Part shown: one piece after another, positions 37,330 through 51,229 of the stretch
How the letters are laid out: every line of letters begins with the position of its first letter
Numbering within the stretch: the first letter of the stretch is position 1
Origin: Eledone cirrhosa
Lineage: Eukaryota
Assembly (NCBI GenBank): GCA_964016885.1
Contig: OZ024741.1
Coordinates: 338,458,001 to 338,522,000 of the forward strand
Direction: 5' to 3'
DNA length: 64,000 bases
Translations under genes and position numbers: made by a program
Notes under the pieces: generated by a model
The model's input: only the letters and a program-made list of their open reading frames with translations
Database searches by the model: none
What the model was told of the DNA's origin: nothing

Positions 37330-40110
37330 CTGCCCATATCACCCAGATTCTGTTCTTTTCCCTTCCAACCACATACCGTTGAGCCTAACACCCAGGCCGG
37401 TGACAACCAGCCACTCCCCCTGATACCGCTTAGTGCCCCAGTCCCCGACTCCATGCCCCACTCTCCATCCTCACCAGTTGACACTTGCAGCACCGCAAAC
37501 AGGCGAAAGAGGGGCCGGAACTGTTTGAGGTGTGGCTGTTTCCACCACCTTACTTGTGCTGGCTTGATGTGTCGAGCCTCCAGTGCCCTTGCACCATGGA
37601 GAACAGCAACTGTCTCTTCCCCTTGTCTGCTCAACCGCGGCCATCTGCTACACCACCAGATGAGACAGCGAGCTTGTCTGATGTTCAAGCCTCACTGGTC
37701 AACATCACTCGGCTGAGGTGGCTCCGGAAGATTCCGCTCAAGATCCCAAGAGCAGCCCGGGTGCCTGTAGCTGATGCCTTCACTTCCTCAATCGAGAGGG
37801 CCCTGGAATCGAGCCAACAACTGGGAGCGCCTTTTTTATTTCACCCCACTCACCCTTGGCCTCCCCAACTCTGGCATTGACCGAGGCAGCCTGTTCACAG
37901 CAGCTTTTGTCAAGATCAATGTTTCAATCTTTGGGCAAGCGCCCATCCAAAGTGTGCTGAAGGATGCCACACCCTCTGCTCTTGGCTGTCTTCAATCCCC
38001 CACCCTCCAAGGCCAGCACAAAGCATTTACACGACCGCATAAATACCAAACTAATCATGGGTGATGTCTCGGCTGCAGTCAGAGTGGTTGCCTTGAAGGA
38101 CACTGTCCCACCAAGAAGGTCCCGGCTGCACTGCGGCTCAAGCACCCTAAGCTGCCTGCCAACCTTAGACCCATACCCCCACCTGATCCTCACTTGCTCC
38201 TTGTGGCTTCCGACACTGATATCATATCTGTCATCAAGTCCTTCCCAGCCAACAGCAGCGGAGGTACTGATGGCCTCAGACCTGGCCACCTCAAGGAGCT
38301 GTTATCCCTCCTCTCCACTGAGGCCGGGCAGCGCCTTCTGAGTGCAATTGTGGCACTCACTAATACGCTCATCCATGGTGCTCTGGACCCGCACACTCGA
38401 GGCATCTTTTTGGGGGGTAACCTGACTGCTTCCAGGAAAAAGAGGGTGGCATATGCCCCATTGCTGTGGGCAATGTTTTCCAGAGGCTGGCTGCTAAGGT
38501 GGTCTGCAGGTCCATCACACCTGAACTGGGCGAGGAGCTCAGTCCGATGCAACTGTGTATCGGCATGTCCACTGGCTGTGAGGAGGTTGCACATGCAGCT
38601 AGGAGGTTCTTCAACAGTTACCCACTGGAACCGGCATCCAACTGCCTGTGCCATGACTATCTGCTTGATGCCTGCCTCTGCCAAGCCCCCTCTGCCTACC
38701 AGCTGGCCTACCTGCCATATGCTCCTTGCTGCTGATACAGTCATACCTTCAGCCACTGGGGTCCAACAGGGTGACTCTTTGGGCCCCCTCATATTTGCTC
38801 CATTCTCCTCCAGGTACAAGTGACCCTAAAGAGGATGTCCTCATCCTCAGGTTACCAATCCACCCACCAGCCATCCGCTCCACCATCAGGTCCAGGCTCC
38901 AGCAACTCAAGACCCTCACGAGCCGACTGGGCATGATTGATGCCCACCCAGTCCTCTTGCTGTTGAGGAACTGCTTTACTATGCTGAAGCTCCTCTATAC
39001 CCTTCACAACACTCAGTGCTACAGCCACACATCTCTCCTTGCTGACCTCAACACTTGTATCCAAGTGGCAGCTGAGGAGATATGCAACATTAGGTTTGAC
39101 AACATTGGATGGCAACAGGCCACCTTACTTGTTAGATATGGTGGCCTTGGCCTCCAGTCCCCAAACTTGCTGGCTTTGCCGGCGTTTCTTTCATCAGTAA
39201 TCTCATGCCACATCTCATCAACAGGGTTCTCCTAAACATAATGGAACCCATTGTGATCGAGGAACATGAGTCCTCCTGGTGATGCCAAGCCCCCCCCCCC
39301 CCCCAGTATTTGGGATACCATCCAGTGCATCCTTGCCTCAGACAGGCTAGCGCGCCAGCTCGACCAGCGCGGGCTTGCACGTTTTCACACGGCCTCACAA
39401 CCCCACTGCAGTGCCTGGCTCCATGCCTTACTCACCTTCTCCACTAGCATGCAGCTGGACAACGATAGCCTGCACATCGGGGTTTCCCTGAGGCTTGGCC
39501 TCTGGATCTGTGAGCCACACAAATGTCGCTGCGGATCCACTGTGGACTCCTTTGGCTTCCACCCACTTTCCTGTCACAACAGTGCCGGCCGCCTTCCACG
39601 CCATGCCGCCCTCAATGAAGTCATAAAGCTTGGCTTGGACGCTGCAGGCTTCCCCTCCCAGCTCAAGCCATTGGGGCTGGACTGAGGGGACAGCAAAAGG
39701 CCAGACAGTATGACCATCTTCGCATTCCACAGTGGTAAACTACTCATCTGGGATGCCACTTGCAGCAACACTTTCTCCAGCCGCAACCTGGTGCAGTCTG
39801 CAACTAGCCCATGTTCTGCTGCACTTCGAGTTGAGGAGAGCAAACTCTCCAAGTATTGGTTACTCTCCAACAGGTTTGCAGTCATGCCTCTAGCAATGAA
39901 GACTTCTTGTGTCCTTGGCCCTAGGGCTACCTCCCTACTTACCACCATAGGTGCTGAGCTGGCTAACCACAGGTGTGAGTCTTGCGAGATGGAATGGCTG
40001 TTCCAGCGCATCTCCCTTACCAACCTCCAGAGAAATGCCTTCTCCATTCTGTCCGCCAGGGCCGTGGAGCGGCCAGCACAAGGGACCCCATTTGCTTATA
40101 ATACAGAGAG
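37330..40110 (+). mobile_element. Decayed CRE-clade non-LTR retrotransposon (RT plus restriction-like endonuclease)
   Basis: SFPANSSGGTDGLRPGHLKE, MGNVFQRLAAK, GVQQGDSLGP, WQQATL-VRYGGLG, zinc knuckle C-RC...H-LSC...RHAALN, RPDSMT...GKLLIWDATC; frameshifted. Confidence 0.82.
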
Positions 40111-40253
40111 ATGGGGAGGGCGAGAGAGATGGAGGCAATGACGGTGGAAGTTCGGCTCTTCCATGTTCAGACCTGGTGTGCAGCGTCAGTTGTCTGTAGG
40201 GAGGTACTTAGCAAAGGTTTTAGAACCTTGTATTTGCATCTTACAGTTCAATA

Positions 40254-40462
40254 GTGTTAGGGTCTACACCCAACCTCTTATCACCTTGGGTTAGTGTTAG
40301 GGTTAGAGTCAGAGTTAGTCTACTGTTGCTCTCTCATTACCTTGGATTAGGGTTAAGGTTCATGTTAGGGACTACATCCAACCTCTCATTACCTTGGTTT
40401 AAGGTTAGGGTTAATGTTAGGGTCAGGGTTAAGATTAAGGTTAGAGTTTTACTTAGGGTTAA
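40254..40462 (+). repeat. Degenerate interstitial telomere-like (TTAGGG)n repeats
   Basis: Multiple ttaggg and one-mismatch variants (ttagag, tcaggg, ttaagg) in tandem. Confidence 0.75.
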
Positions 40463-40539
40463 CATCCACTCTCTCATCACCTTGAGATTCCACTTTGAAT
40501 GACATCACCAGGAAAAGCCTTGATGTGGCCTTTACCTAT

Positions 40540-40930
40540 CACAATTGGAGCCTAGTGGCTTTGACCATGGTTTGGGTAGGAGCCCAGCCATGATAATTCT
40601 TTTCCTGTTTTAGTTGGGTAAAATCATTCATCTGGGATATTGCGACACATTCTCTGGTACCAACCTCATTGCTTCAACCACAAACACAGCCACTGATGCC
40701 CATAAAACAGAAGAGCAGAATATGTTCATATAGCAACACTTAACCAACCACTTTTTTTCTGCTAGTTGCCAACAACACCTCTTGTGTCCTCAGGGTCCAG
40801 ACTGACATTTCCCTTTGTAAAATCATAAGGAGGGCATCTTGCCTGAGGAAGGAGCCCCACAAGGGAGATTGGCTGATGCAGCGAGTGTCACTGGCTGTAC
40901 TCTGCAGCAATGCTTTTGCTATCATTCCAT
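40540..40930 (+). mobile_element. Second, more decayed CRE-like 3' fragment
   Basis: Colinear similarity to 39665-40050 (ggtaaa-tc-tcatctgggat, cctcttgtgtcct, gcagcga-tgtcact...aatgc-tt). Confidence 0.55.
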
Positions 40931-41408
40931 AAAAAATAATTGAAATATACTGCCCAGCTAAAAGTGTAGGATTTATGCCCACCCTGTTTCTCCCTCCTTC
41001 TTTATTTATTTTCTCTTTCCTCTCACATCCTTCTTTTCTTTTCTATTCTTGTTTGCAAATATATATGTTACTGAATATGAAATTTTGAATCAATAAAACG
41101 TTTAAGAGCAGCATTGTTATCTACTAAACAAAACAATATGTTCAAGAATTGCACACTGGAAGTAAGTTTAGTTTTGTGGTATTATATTACAAAAATCTCA
41201 TGAAAGAGAAAAAAATAAACCTGATTTTTTTTCCATCATTTTACATGAATACACCCAGTTTCATGCCCATACTTTATTCATCAATAACTAGTTCCACGAA
41301 ATCTATACATTATGTAAAACTGGGCATTATCTGTTGTTTTCAACATACAATAGATTATATAGACAGGTAATAAATGTCAAAGAGCAACTAGGTGCAAAGA
41401 AGTGGTTG

Positions 41409-41572
<164 letters not shown>

Positions 41573-42539
41573 AATGGGTACACATGCATTTAGATGAGCT
41601 ACAGCATACACCTACAGGAATTATTTGCTTGCATTCAAAATGTTTTAATTTGGTTGTGAAACAAGTTTTTGAAATTGGAAACCTTATACTTCGTTATAGA
41701 AGCGTTTGATTTCTCACATAAATTTGTTGACATATAAATTACCATTTGAAGGTACCAGGCATGGTAAAATAAAATATCTACTCTTCAACAACCCTACTGT
41801 TTCTACTTCTCAATTCAACAAATAAAAGCTACCAAAAGTGATTTGTTCTATGTAGTATTTCTTTTTTATTTAACCCTTTTGATACCAAACATGCCTAAAA
41901 CCAGCTTGAATTTATTATACTAGACAGCTATCATCACCATCATTTTTACGTCTGTTTTTTTTAGGGTTGCATGGGTTGGATGGGTTCTTTTCAGCACTGC
42001 ATCCCTCCATTTTCTGCGTTCCTTCACCATCTCTGTGGGTCTCAGTGATATGAAATCAGCTCTCACCACCTCTGCTCAGGTCTTAAGTTCTATGTACCTG
42101 GAAGATAAAAAGACTGTGTGATTGCTTGATGATAGTCGAGGGGTTCTTGCACATGGCTACTACTCTAACCACACTACTATCATGCACAGCACTAACACAA
42201 CTAGTGTTAGCCCTGTATATACTATTAAGCTCCACTACTTGCTGATATAACTTCCAGTGTATGTAAATCCCAACTTTATCATGTCAGTGGATATATTTGT
42301 TCTCGTTTAAGAGTAGACCACAAGAGACAATGTGGTTAATCTTCCTTGACTCTAAATAATATTACCAACTTGTAGCTTTGTTTTCCAATGTAGCATGCTA
42401 GATGTAATAATGTTGATCATATTTTCTATAATGTTAAACATAACCATACACTTCAATAACGACCAATAAAGTACCATATCGTTGGTATCATTTTTATTTG
42501 TTCATGCCATACACAAGTTGGTCCTTTTCTTCTCATAAT

Positions 42540-43446
42540 CATGTAATGCGCATGGAGGATGACCGCTGGGTAAAGAAGTGCCAAGAAATCCTAGTGGAAG
42601 AAAGACGCAGTAGAGAAATACGATGAAAATCATGGGCAGAGGTGGTGAGAGCTGACTCTAGCTACTGTACTTTCAGAGCATCCCTCCCCCACTGCTGATT
42701 TTGTCACCCAGGTAACGGAAGCTGTCCACTATTTCTATAGAACCATCTGTGCAATGGAATGAGCTAGTATTCTGTGGGCACTTGCTGCTACTTATTGCAC
42801 CAGAGCACCGGCCACATATAAAATCTATATTCTTAGTTAGCTTACCTGTGATCCCACTACATCTTTTATGCACCCATACTTTGCATTTGGGACATAAAAT
42901 GGAGTTTCTGCCTACTCCTTTCCTACACACTGAGCATGGCCATTTCCCGGATGGGACTGGTGCCCTATTTTCCTTCCTACAAACTAGAACTTTAGTCTTA
43001 GACAAGTTAACTTTAAGGCCTTTTGATTCTAGGCCATGTTTCCATGTTTGGAATTTCTTCTCTAGTTCAGCCATTGATTCAGCTATGAGCGTTAGATCAT
43101 CTGCATATAGGAGTTCCCATGGGCAGCCGGTCTTGAACTCCTCTGTTATAGCCTGAAGGGCAATAATAAATAGTAGGGGGCTAAGGACGGAGCCCTGATG
43201 AACACCAACTTTTACGCTAAACTCTTCACTATATTCGTTGTTAATTCTAACCTTGCTGACTGTTTCTTTATACATGACTTGTATAGCTCTCACAAGCCAT
43301 TCATCAACACCTAGTTTTCTAAGGGCCCACCAGATAATCGAGCAGGTACTCTGTCAAAGGCTTTCTCCAAGTCAACAAAAGCTAAGTATAGGGGTTTACT
43401 TTTAGCTAGGTACTTCTCCTGTAGTTGTCGTACAATGAAAAGAGCA
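42540..43446 (-). mobile_element. RTE-like LINE RT fragment with Cys-rich PHD-like insert
   Basis: ORF 42673-43293: GVHQGSVLSPLLF, GCPWELLYADDL, WPCSVCRKGVGRNSILCPKCKVWVHKRCSG. Confidence 0.9.
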
Positions 43447-45109
43447 TATATATATATATATGTATGTATGTTCATAATTATATCTGCTATGTTTAAACAT
43501 TCAAGCAAGAAATATACAACTTGATTCACAAGAGTATGTCGGAATGGAAAAGGCAATTACCCAGGTCTTTCTGATAACATTCCTCAATACAGATGAATTA
43601 TCAAATGGGAATGCCCTTGAAAACAGAAGGATTACATGTGAAATCTTTTCATCTAATTATGTAATTAACCCCTTATAAAGTAATACAACAAACTCTACAT
43701 TAATTACTTTCTCTGTTCACTTTTTTCACATGGCTGGAGAAATGTGGCTTTTCTTGTCTTTAATATTTATATTCCAAACAGCAATTTATATTGTGCGACA
43801 ATTTCTTTTAGGTCAGATGTAATGGTCTACTCATGGTTTAATAGGATGTGAAGTGTAATAGCCAATTTGAATGCACTTTAATATATGTTGGGGTTTTGGG
43901 GGAGGAGGGGATGAGGGAGAATCATTATTTTTTTAGTTACAATATCCAGAAAGTTCTAAGGTTAATTTACACACTCATGCAAACTTAAAAAGGATTACAA
44001 ACCTAAAATAAAGCTGGGTGTTGCTGGCCATTGTCCATGAAAATGCCTTTACAGTTTTGTCTGTAGGGCGCAGCCAAAACACCACCCCAACCTAGGTGTA
44101 GAGCCTGTCACGCTCTCCCCTTCCCCTTCTCTGTCTTCTGTGGCCTAATTGTCCTTGCTCTTTCCCTCCCTTTCTTCTCATTTATGGCATTTATAGTCCT
44201 TTCCTTTACTTTCCTATACAGCCAGATCTGCCCGTCTTTACTTCTTCCCCCTCTTTCATTATTTATATAATTAATTATAAAAACTTAATAAATTATTTAC
44301 AAATGAAGCCTAATTCACACTTTAGAATATAGAGAGCTTCTGTGAGAAATTAGCAAGCTTCAAACAGGCCCGAACTGTGATATTATTTCACTTCCCGGTT
44401 GAAAAAAATGTATTCACAATACTACTCATGAAATTGAGAAAGATATAAACATTGCTTTTCCCATTTCTACACTAAAAAAATCACTATTTTGTCTAGTATA
44501 TTCATTCCTAATACAGTAAGGTAAAATTGGAGCAAAAGGCAGTATCTAATTATAACAGATAGAGGAACACACCCAGTGCATCCTGTAAAGTGATTGGTGA
44601 TAGGAAGGGTACAAGCCATATAAAAAGAAAATCTCCAAACAAAGGATCAGGGCAACTCTTCAGCTGTGCCAGAGATATATCACCTTCCTTAGTATTGGTA
44701 ATCTCCATGATAAACACACCCAATACACTGTCAAGTGGTTGGGGATTAGTAGGGTATCCAACCATAGAAAGCTTACCAAATAAAGATTTGAGAGGACTAT
44801 TCAATTGTGCCATAGACATGACAGTTTACTTAGTGTGAGTGATCTACATGATAAATGCACCAAGTACACTCTGTAGAACGGTGTTTCCTTGCAAATCACT
44901 GATTTCCTTTTGGAATTTAGTTTTTAAATGTGTATATGCATCTTGTATTTCTGAATGTGTATTTGTATGTGTAAATATCATGATTATAGGCGTTGAAAAA
45001 TTAGCTTGCGTGATGATTGGGTGTGTTTCATCCTTACGGGGTCGATAAAATAAAGTACAAGTAATGCACTGAGATAATTGCTAGCCTTGTGCCAAAAAGT
45101 AGAAACAGT

Positions 45110-46130
45110 TATTATTATTATTTTCTTGGAGTCTCAGTCATTGATGTTATTTAAGTGGAAAGTTTGTTCAAATGAACATCAAACCACTACCTGCAGCCTC
45201 AGATATTCAGGATGTATCAGAAGATTCTTGCTGTTCCCAGTGAGTGGTGACTTTAGCAGATACATAGTAGAGATGATTTAGATCAGTAATGTTTAGTTTA
45301 TTTATGGTGATAATGTCTTTGAGATCTATGCGAGTTTTGTGTATTATCCTCTGGTTTTGTTTGGAATTCTGGATCTTAGGGAGGGTGTCTCGTTCCCCCA
45401 TGTCAGATTCTTTCATTTTCATCCATTCGATCATAATTTCATTCTTTAAGTTGGCGAGTTCATTCACATTCATTTCTTTGTCATTGATGATTCCACCCCG
45501 AACCTGGGATTTAAGGTGTTACAATTTACTTCGTTTTCACTGACACATGTTTCATTTTCTCTTCGATGACTTTGCGCTGATTGCTTGATCTGATCAATTT
45601 CTATGTCAGTTAGTAATTTCTTCTTAACAATGTTTCTTTGTATATTAGCTAGTTATTTACTGTCAATATAATCTCTGCTTTCAGGGTGTTTCTTTTTCCA
45701 GTTGATATATGTCTGTTCTGTATTCGATCTATTTCATGGGTAGTACATGGCAGTGTAGAAAGGCTCAAGGACTTCTTTATTGTCTTCCCTTGACCATTTT
45801 TCTCTCTTTTTCTTTGGATTTCTTGGTTGTGAGCATGGAGAGCCACCAGTAGGAGTATTCCGGTTATGGGAGGTCTCCAACTCCAAATTGATGAGAAGGT
45901 TTGAACAATTAGCTGATTTTTCAACCCCAGTCTGGTTCCTCGCTTAGCGATGCTGCCCTTGTTGACCCAGGTGAAGGCCGATCTGGTATGAGTTGTTGCA
46001 TTTAATCCTTAACTGCCAAGGGGTAATCATTCCGAGTTACCACTCCTAGGACAAGTGTCAACCAAGCCTAGAGGGGTCGTCCTCCCCTTGAGACATGGCT
46101 ATTCCCCACCGGCTGCCATCCCGGTATTTC
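45110..46130 (-). mobile_element. Internally deleted R4/Dong-like element pieces (3' tip plus N-terminal region)
   Basis: 45122-45240 is the reverse complement of ~58355-58480. The minus ORF fragment reads ERDTLPKI...NITDLNHLYY. Confidence 0.6.
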
Positions 46131-46489
46131 TTGGTCACAGGTTTTTTTTTTTTTTTAATTGTTATTATTATGAGTGATTCCTTAATGTGACCCTTGTGTG
46201 GCTAATAAAGAAATTATTATTATAATATACTTGTGGCTATTGTTGAAGTTGACTTTATTGTTGTTGTTGGCTATGCCGGTGGTGCTGGCGCTTTTTCTGG
46301 AGGGAGGAGGGGAACTTCTATTGTTGGTGGGGGACTTGGGTGCCATTGTAGCTGTTCATGTTGAGGTGTTCAAAATTTCATTTTGACCAGGTCACTAAGT
46401 CATTCTATTTATATCTTTTGGTAGCTTCTTCCTTTCTAGTCTTTGCTAGTGTTACTGTTACCTTCCCTCTCCTTCTCAGCAAATTTATT

Positions 46490-46765
46490 ATTATCATTAT
46501 TTTTATTATTATTATTATTGGAGTCTCAGTCATTGATGTAATTTAACTGGAAAGTTTGTTCAAATGAACATCAAGCCACTACCTGCAGCCTCAGATATTC
46601 AGGACGTATCGGAGGGTTCTTGCTGTTCCCAGCAAGCATGCCTTTTGAAGTGTTCCAAAAAAGGGGGCTGAACTAATGTTCTTTAACCATCCTTGAAATA
46701 ACAATCGGGACGACCTTGATCTCATGACAGTCCCAAATCTTTTTTAACTCGCACTTTAAATTCTG
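46490..46765 (-). mobile_element. 3' end of R4/Dong-like element
   Basis: Reverse complement of ~58190-58495, including the (TAA)n tail. Confidence 0.75.
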
Positions 46766-47411
46766 GTATTGGTTAATTTTCTCCTTCTCCTTTTCTTGCA
46801 CACTCGTGTCAAAGGGGCAGACTACATCTATACCACAAAAAAACAAAAAACAAAAAACCCCTTAGATTCACCCTCCAAAAGTGAAGGCACACAAAGAGGG
46901 GTAAAGGCAGCAAGGAAACTTGCAGCAACACCACCACCATCACCACCACAAGCACCACCGCCAACAACAACCACACCACCACCAGCATCACCAAAAACAC
47001 CAACAACGCAAACAAAACAAAACACACACACCAAACAGCAACAAGAAGAAAACAGCAACAAAATCACCCCTCCCCCAAAAAGTACACAGCCATAAACATG
47101 GCAAAAAAAGAACTCATACAATATATAAAGCAGCACACAGACATCACAGAAAAAAACTACTACACCCCACCAACACCAAGAACTCTCCCGACAAACATAA
47201 GCATCATTGAAATCTCAATAGAACAGTACAAACCTTTAAAACAAAAATTCCCCAATGCAGTTGGAGACTTCAGAGGGTCGGTTACCAAGAGGATATACAC
47301 TGACATCCTCTTGGAAACACCCATGACCAGCCAAAGGGACGGTTCTACTGTCCCTTCACCACACGATCAAGGTAAGTGACCCTTTCTCACTTGCCCCGTT
47401 TCTCATCCAGC

Positions 47412-50400
47412 ATGGCCATACTCAGAATAGGCAGTATAAATGCACGTGGCCTGGGGTCATTTTAGAAGCAGGGTCACCTGCTCAACGACCTCAGGTCACT
47501 AAACATAGATGTGGTGGCCATCAGCGAGACCAGAATCTCCGAAGCACGAGCCTTCACACCGATCTTCGGCGGCTACGATGTATATGAATCTCCCAGCCGT
47601 CCAGGATCGGGGGGAGGGTTTGCCTTCCTTTTTCGGACAGGCTTGGATCTCGCGATACGGGCCATCTTCCTGGACCCAGAAGGTAAGTCGGTGGTGCTGG
47701 ACGTGACCGGCAGCGAAGGCAATGCTTTCAGGCTAGATTTCTTCAGACGTCTAGAGACCTTTCTTGGAACGTCCCGCTCTTTAGTGTTAGTGGGCGACTG
47801 GAACGGTATCTTGGATGCACGCTGGGATTGTGTGGGGCTAGTGGATAGGGGAGGAGGGTGCAAGAGCCTCACCAACCTGCTCAGACGTTTTGAACTGTCT
47901 GACAGGTATCGACTGGATCACCCGAATGTGCCAATGTGGTCATGGAAAAACCGCATCGGGTCATCCAGATCGTATCTTGATAGGGTATTCTGCAAAGAAC
48001 TAGATAAGGCTAGTATAAGTTGTCCACAATTTAAAATAGTCGACTACACAGACCACAAATTTGTGATCTGTGAGATTGACATAGACAGACTTCATAGACA
48101 AGGGCCCGGTTACTGGAAGCTGAACATGACTTTCCTGGTGCACAAAGCCTACAGAGACCAGATTAGCATATTAGTTAAGCGGGCATTGACGGGAGCGAAT
48201 GTCAACAACAGGTAGTGGTTCGCCCTGAAAAGGGCAATTAAAGTAGAGTCGATTAGGTTTAGCAAAGGACTAGGGATATAGGAAAATAGAGTAGATGGAG
48301 AGCTAGTCAGAAAGCTAGAAGCGGCGTTTAGGACAGGCATCGCAACGGACGTGCTTGCGGCGAGATTGGCACTCGACCAATTCTTCAATGCAAAACACGA
48401 AGGCTGCGTTGTCAGAGCTGGAGCACGTGCTCTAAAACACAAGGAGACAAAAGCCGTCCAATGGGCCCGGGTGGCAGAGGCGCGACGTGGCAACAAAGCC
48501 ACAATTTGGTCTTTGTCTGACCAAAACGGGTGCGAGTTGCTTGAACCCGAGCAGATGTGTGAAGCTTTTCAGCAGCACTTTGCTGAACTGTTCGGTAGCA
48601 GCGGCAGCCCGGATCGGAGCATGGACTTCAGTGCATACCTCGACAGACTGCCTTGGCTCTCGACAACCGCAGCACAGTGTTGCGAAAAGCCAATAACAGC
48701 CGGTGAAATACGGGAAGCAATGGCTAACTGCACGAGGGGTAAATCGCCTGGTTTGGATGGTCTGCCTTACGAGTTATTGCATTTATGCCAGACTTGTTCG
48801 GTGACCTCTTGGCAGACGTCTACTGCAACTGGCAGCAGTACGGCAGCATTCCCAGTTTTGTGAGCCGAGGAGCGGTGGCGCTGCTGAGAAAAGACCCGAA
48901 CAAGGGGGATGTTATCAATAATTTCAGGCCCATAACCCTGCTAAACGCAGAGTTCAAGATTTTGGCCAAGGTGTTAGAAACGAGGTTGGTGCTTGTCGTC
49001 AAGGATCTGGTAGGAGAGGCGCAGACATGCGCCATTCCGGACAGATCCATACACGACAACCTCCACCTCATGCGATACATCATAGAGAGGGTGGTTAAGG
49101 AACCTGGAACGGGTGGGGCCCTGATCAACTTGGATCAATCCAAAGCATTCGATAGGGTCGACCATCGGTACCTGGCGGCAGTCCTCGAGGCAGCCGGTTT
49201 CGGGCCCGTTTTCAGGGGTTGGATCGCTGCGATGTACAGTGACATCTGCTCAGTTGTGAGGGTGAACGGTCACCTGTCGCAGCCGTTCAGCATCATGCGC
49301 TCAGTCCACCAGGGTTGTCCCCTCTCGTCCCTCTTGTATGTATTGGCTCTCGAGCCATTACTGCACAAACTGGGGGCGATGAGGGGTGTCCCACGTGAAC
49401 TAGGATGCGGGAAATCCGAGTCGGCTTACACCGACATCACCACGGTGGTGTCGAGCACCAGACATGTCCAAATGTTCGGCACCGCTCTCAAGGAATACAA
49501 AGCGGTGACAGAAGCAAAGATAAACCAGGAAAAGTTGGTGGGCTTGCAGCTTGGCACCTGGAGAGGCAAGTCAAGTCCATGCCGTCCGACAGCATCGTGG
49601 GGCGTTGGACGGACCAACCGGTTAAATTGCTCGGGGTCTGGTTCGGACTGGACCTCCAGGTGGAGAAAAACTGGAACGAGGTGATGAGCAAGCTGGCCTC
49701 CCTCACCCAGAAATGGGCTGAGAGGTAGCTGTCCCTGAAAGGCCGGGCGGAGGTGGCGAATGCGTACATCGCATCCGTCATCTGCTACCGCCTCACCGTC
49801 GTCCCTTGCCCCGGCCCAACTCCCACCAAAATGGAGCGCCTCCTCTTCCGCTTTTTGTGGAAGGGACGCGCTCCCATGGTCAGACAATCCATCTGCTGTC
49901 AACACCCATTGCGTGGAGGACTGGGCATGCCATGGCTGATGATGCGCAAACATGCGCTGAGGCTGCGACATCTCTGGTGCTTCCTTGACGGTGAACAGGT
50001 GTAGTCGCCGTTCGCCAGGCACGTTTTTCCACAGCTCGTCTCCTTGACGGAGTTGCAGTCCTGGGTCAGAAAAAGACCGAGGGATAGCGCTTGGAAACTG
50101 GAATGTCTCCTGGCGCTCACTGCCCTCTGCCAGCTGGGTACCAGTATCGGTGGAACATCCACCTCGGTGGAGGGGAAGAGCGATGACATTCTCGGAGAGA
50201 TCCTGGGCGTCGAAGAAGATCAGCTGTTTGCTCTCTTCCGGAGAACTTTCAGCCCGGGGCCTATAGATAACTTCCAAAATTCCCTGGCCTGGCAGTGCTA
50301 CCGGGGAGCGCTGCTGGTTCGAGACTAGCTCTACAGGCACGGAAGTGCCGTCAGCCGAGCCTGTCCGAGATGCGCGCAGAGCGACGAAACTGTCGTGCAC

Positions 50401-51110
50401 GCACTCGTTCAGTGTCCAAGCATTGCTGACTTGTGGAGCTATGTCGAACAGTTGCTGTCGCGTGTAGGACTGATCCGGTTGTCGACTGAGTCTATTGTGC
50501 AGATGGTCTCGCCGTCTTCCTTTGAGGAGGAAGGGCAGGCGGTGTTCATCTGCCTGGTGGCCATGGCGAAAAAGATTGTGTGGTGGACAAGGTTAAAAGG
50601 GTTAAAGACAGACACTTTCCTCTTCGGCGAATCCCTAATTAACTTTTTCAAGTTTCACTTGAAGAGGAAAATCAGGGTGGAGAGGCAAGTGCTGCCTTCT
50701 AGCAAGTTTGTTGAAAGGTGGGTGAATGTAGCGAGAATGGTCCAAGTGAACGGGACCACTCTGAATATACGTCTGTAGTTTGAGAGATGGAAAAATTGAG
50801 AGAGGGCGCTTGCCCTGGTGGTCAGGGTGGCCGTGGTCTTTTGTGTGGTTTTCGCCACGAGTAACCCTTGGAGGTTTCCCCCCTATTGGGGAATTTTTCA
50901 TTGTTTCAATTTTCATTCTAATTGTTTATATATATATATATGTTTGTATGTCCTTTTTTTTCTTTCCTTATATAAATAATAAAAATATTTACACGCACAA
51001 CACGCACATAGTACCGTCCTGTACCGTCCTGTGCTGTCTGTAATGTTTTCTTGATGTCAGCCCTTGTGGCCAATAAAGAAATCATTATTATTATTATTAT
51101 TATTATTAAT
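47412..51110 (+). mobile_element. Tx1/L1-clade LINE ORF2 (APE, RT, zinc finger), frameshifted, with 3' UTR and (ATT)n tail
   Basis: MAILRIGSINARGL, VAISET, LVGDWN, SYLDRV, YTDH, GPGYWKLN, KSPGLDGLPYE, FRPITLLN, DQSKAFDRVDH, QGCPLS, C-RC...ET-HALVQC. Confidence 0.92.
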
Positions 51111-51229
51111 TATATAATTATTGTTGTTGCAGCTGTTGTTGCTGCTGCTATCATTACTGCTGCTGTTGTTCTTGTTTCTTTTTTTGTTTTCTTTGTTGCT
51201 GCTGGTCAACAATAACTGCTAAATCAATA

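Noticed and set aside
49426-50400. 324-aa minus-strand ORF
   Set aside because: Antisense shadow of the GC-rich Tx1-like ORF2, with no independent motifs.
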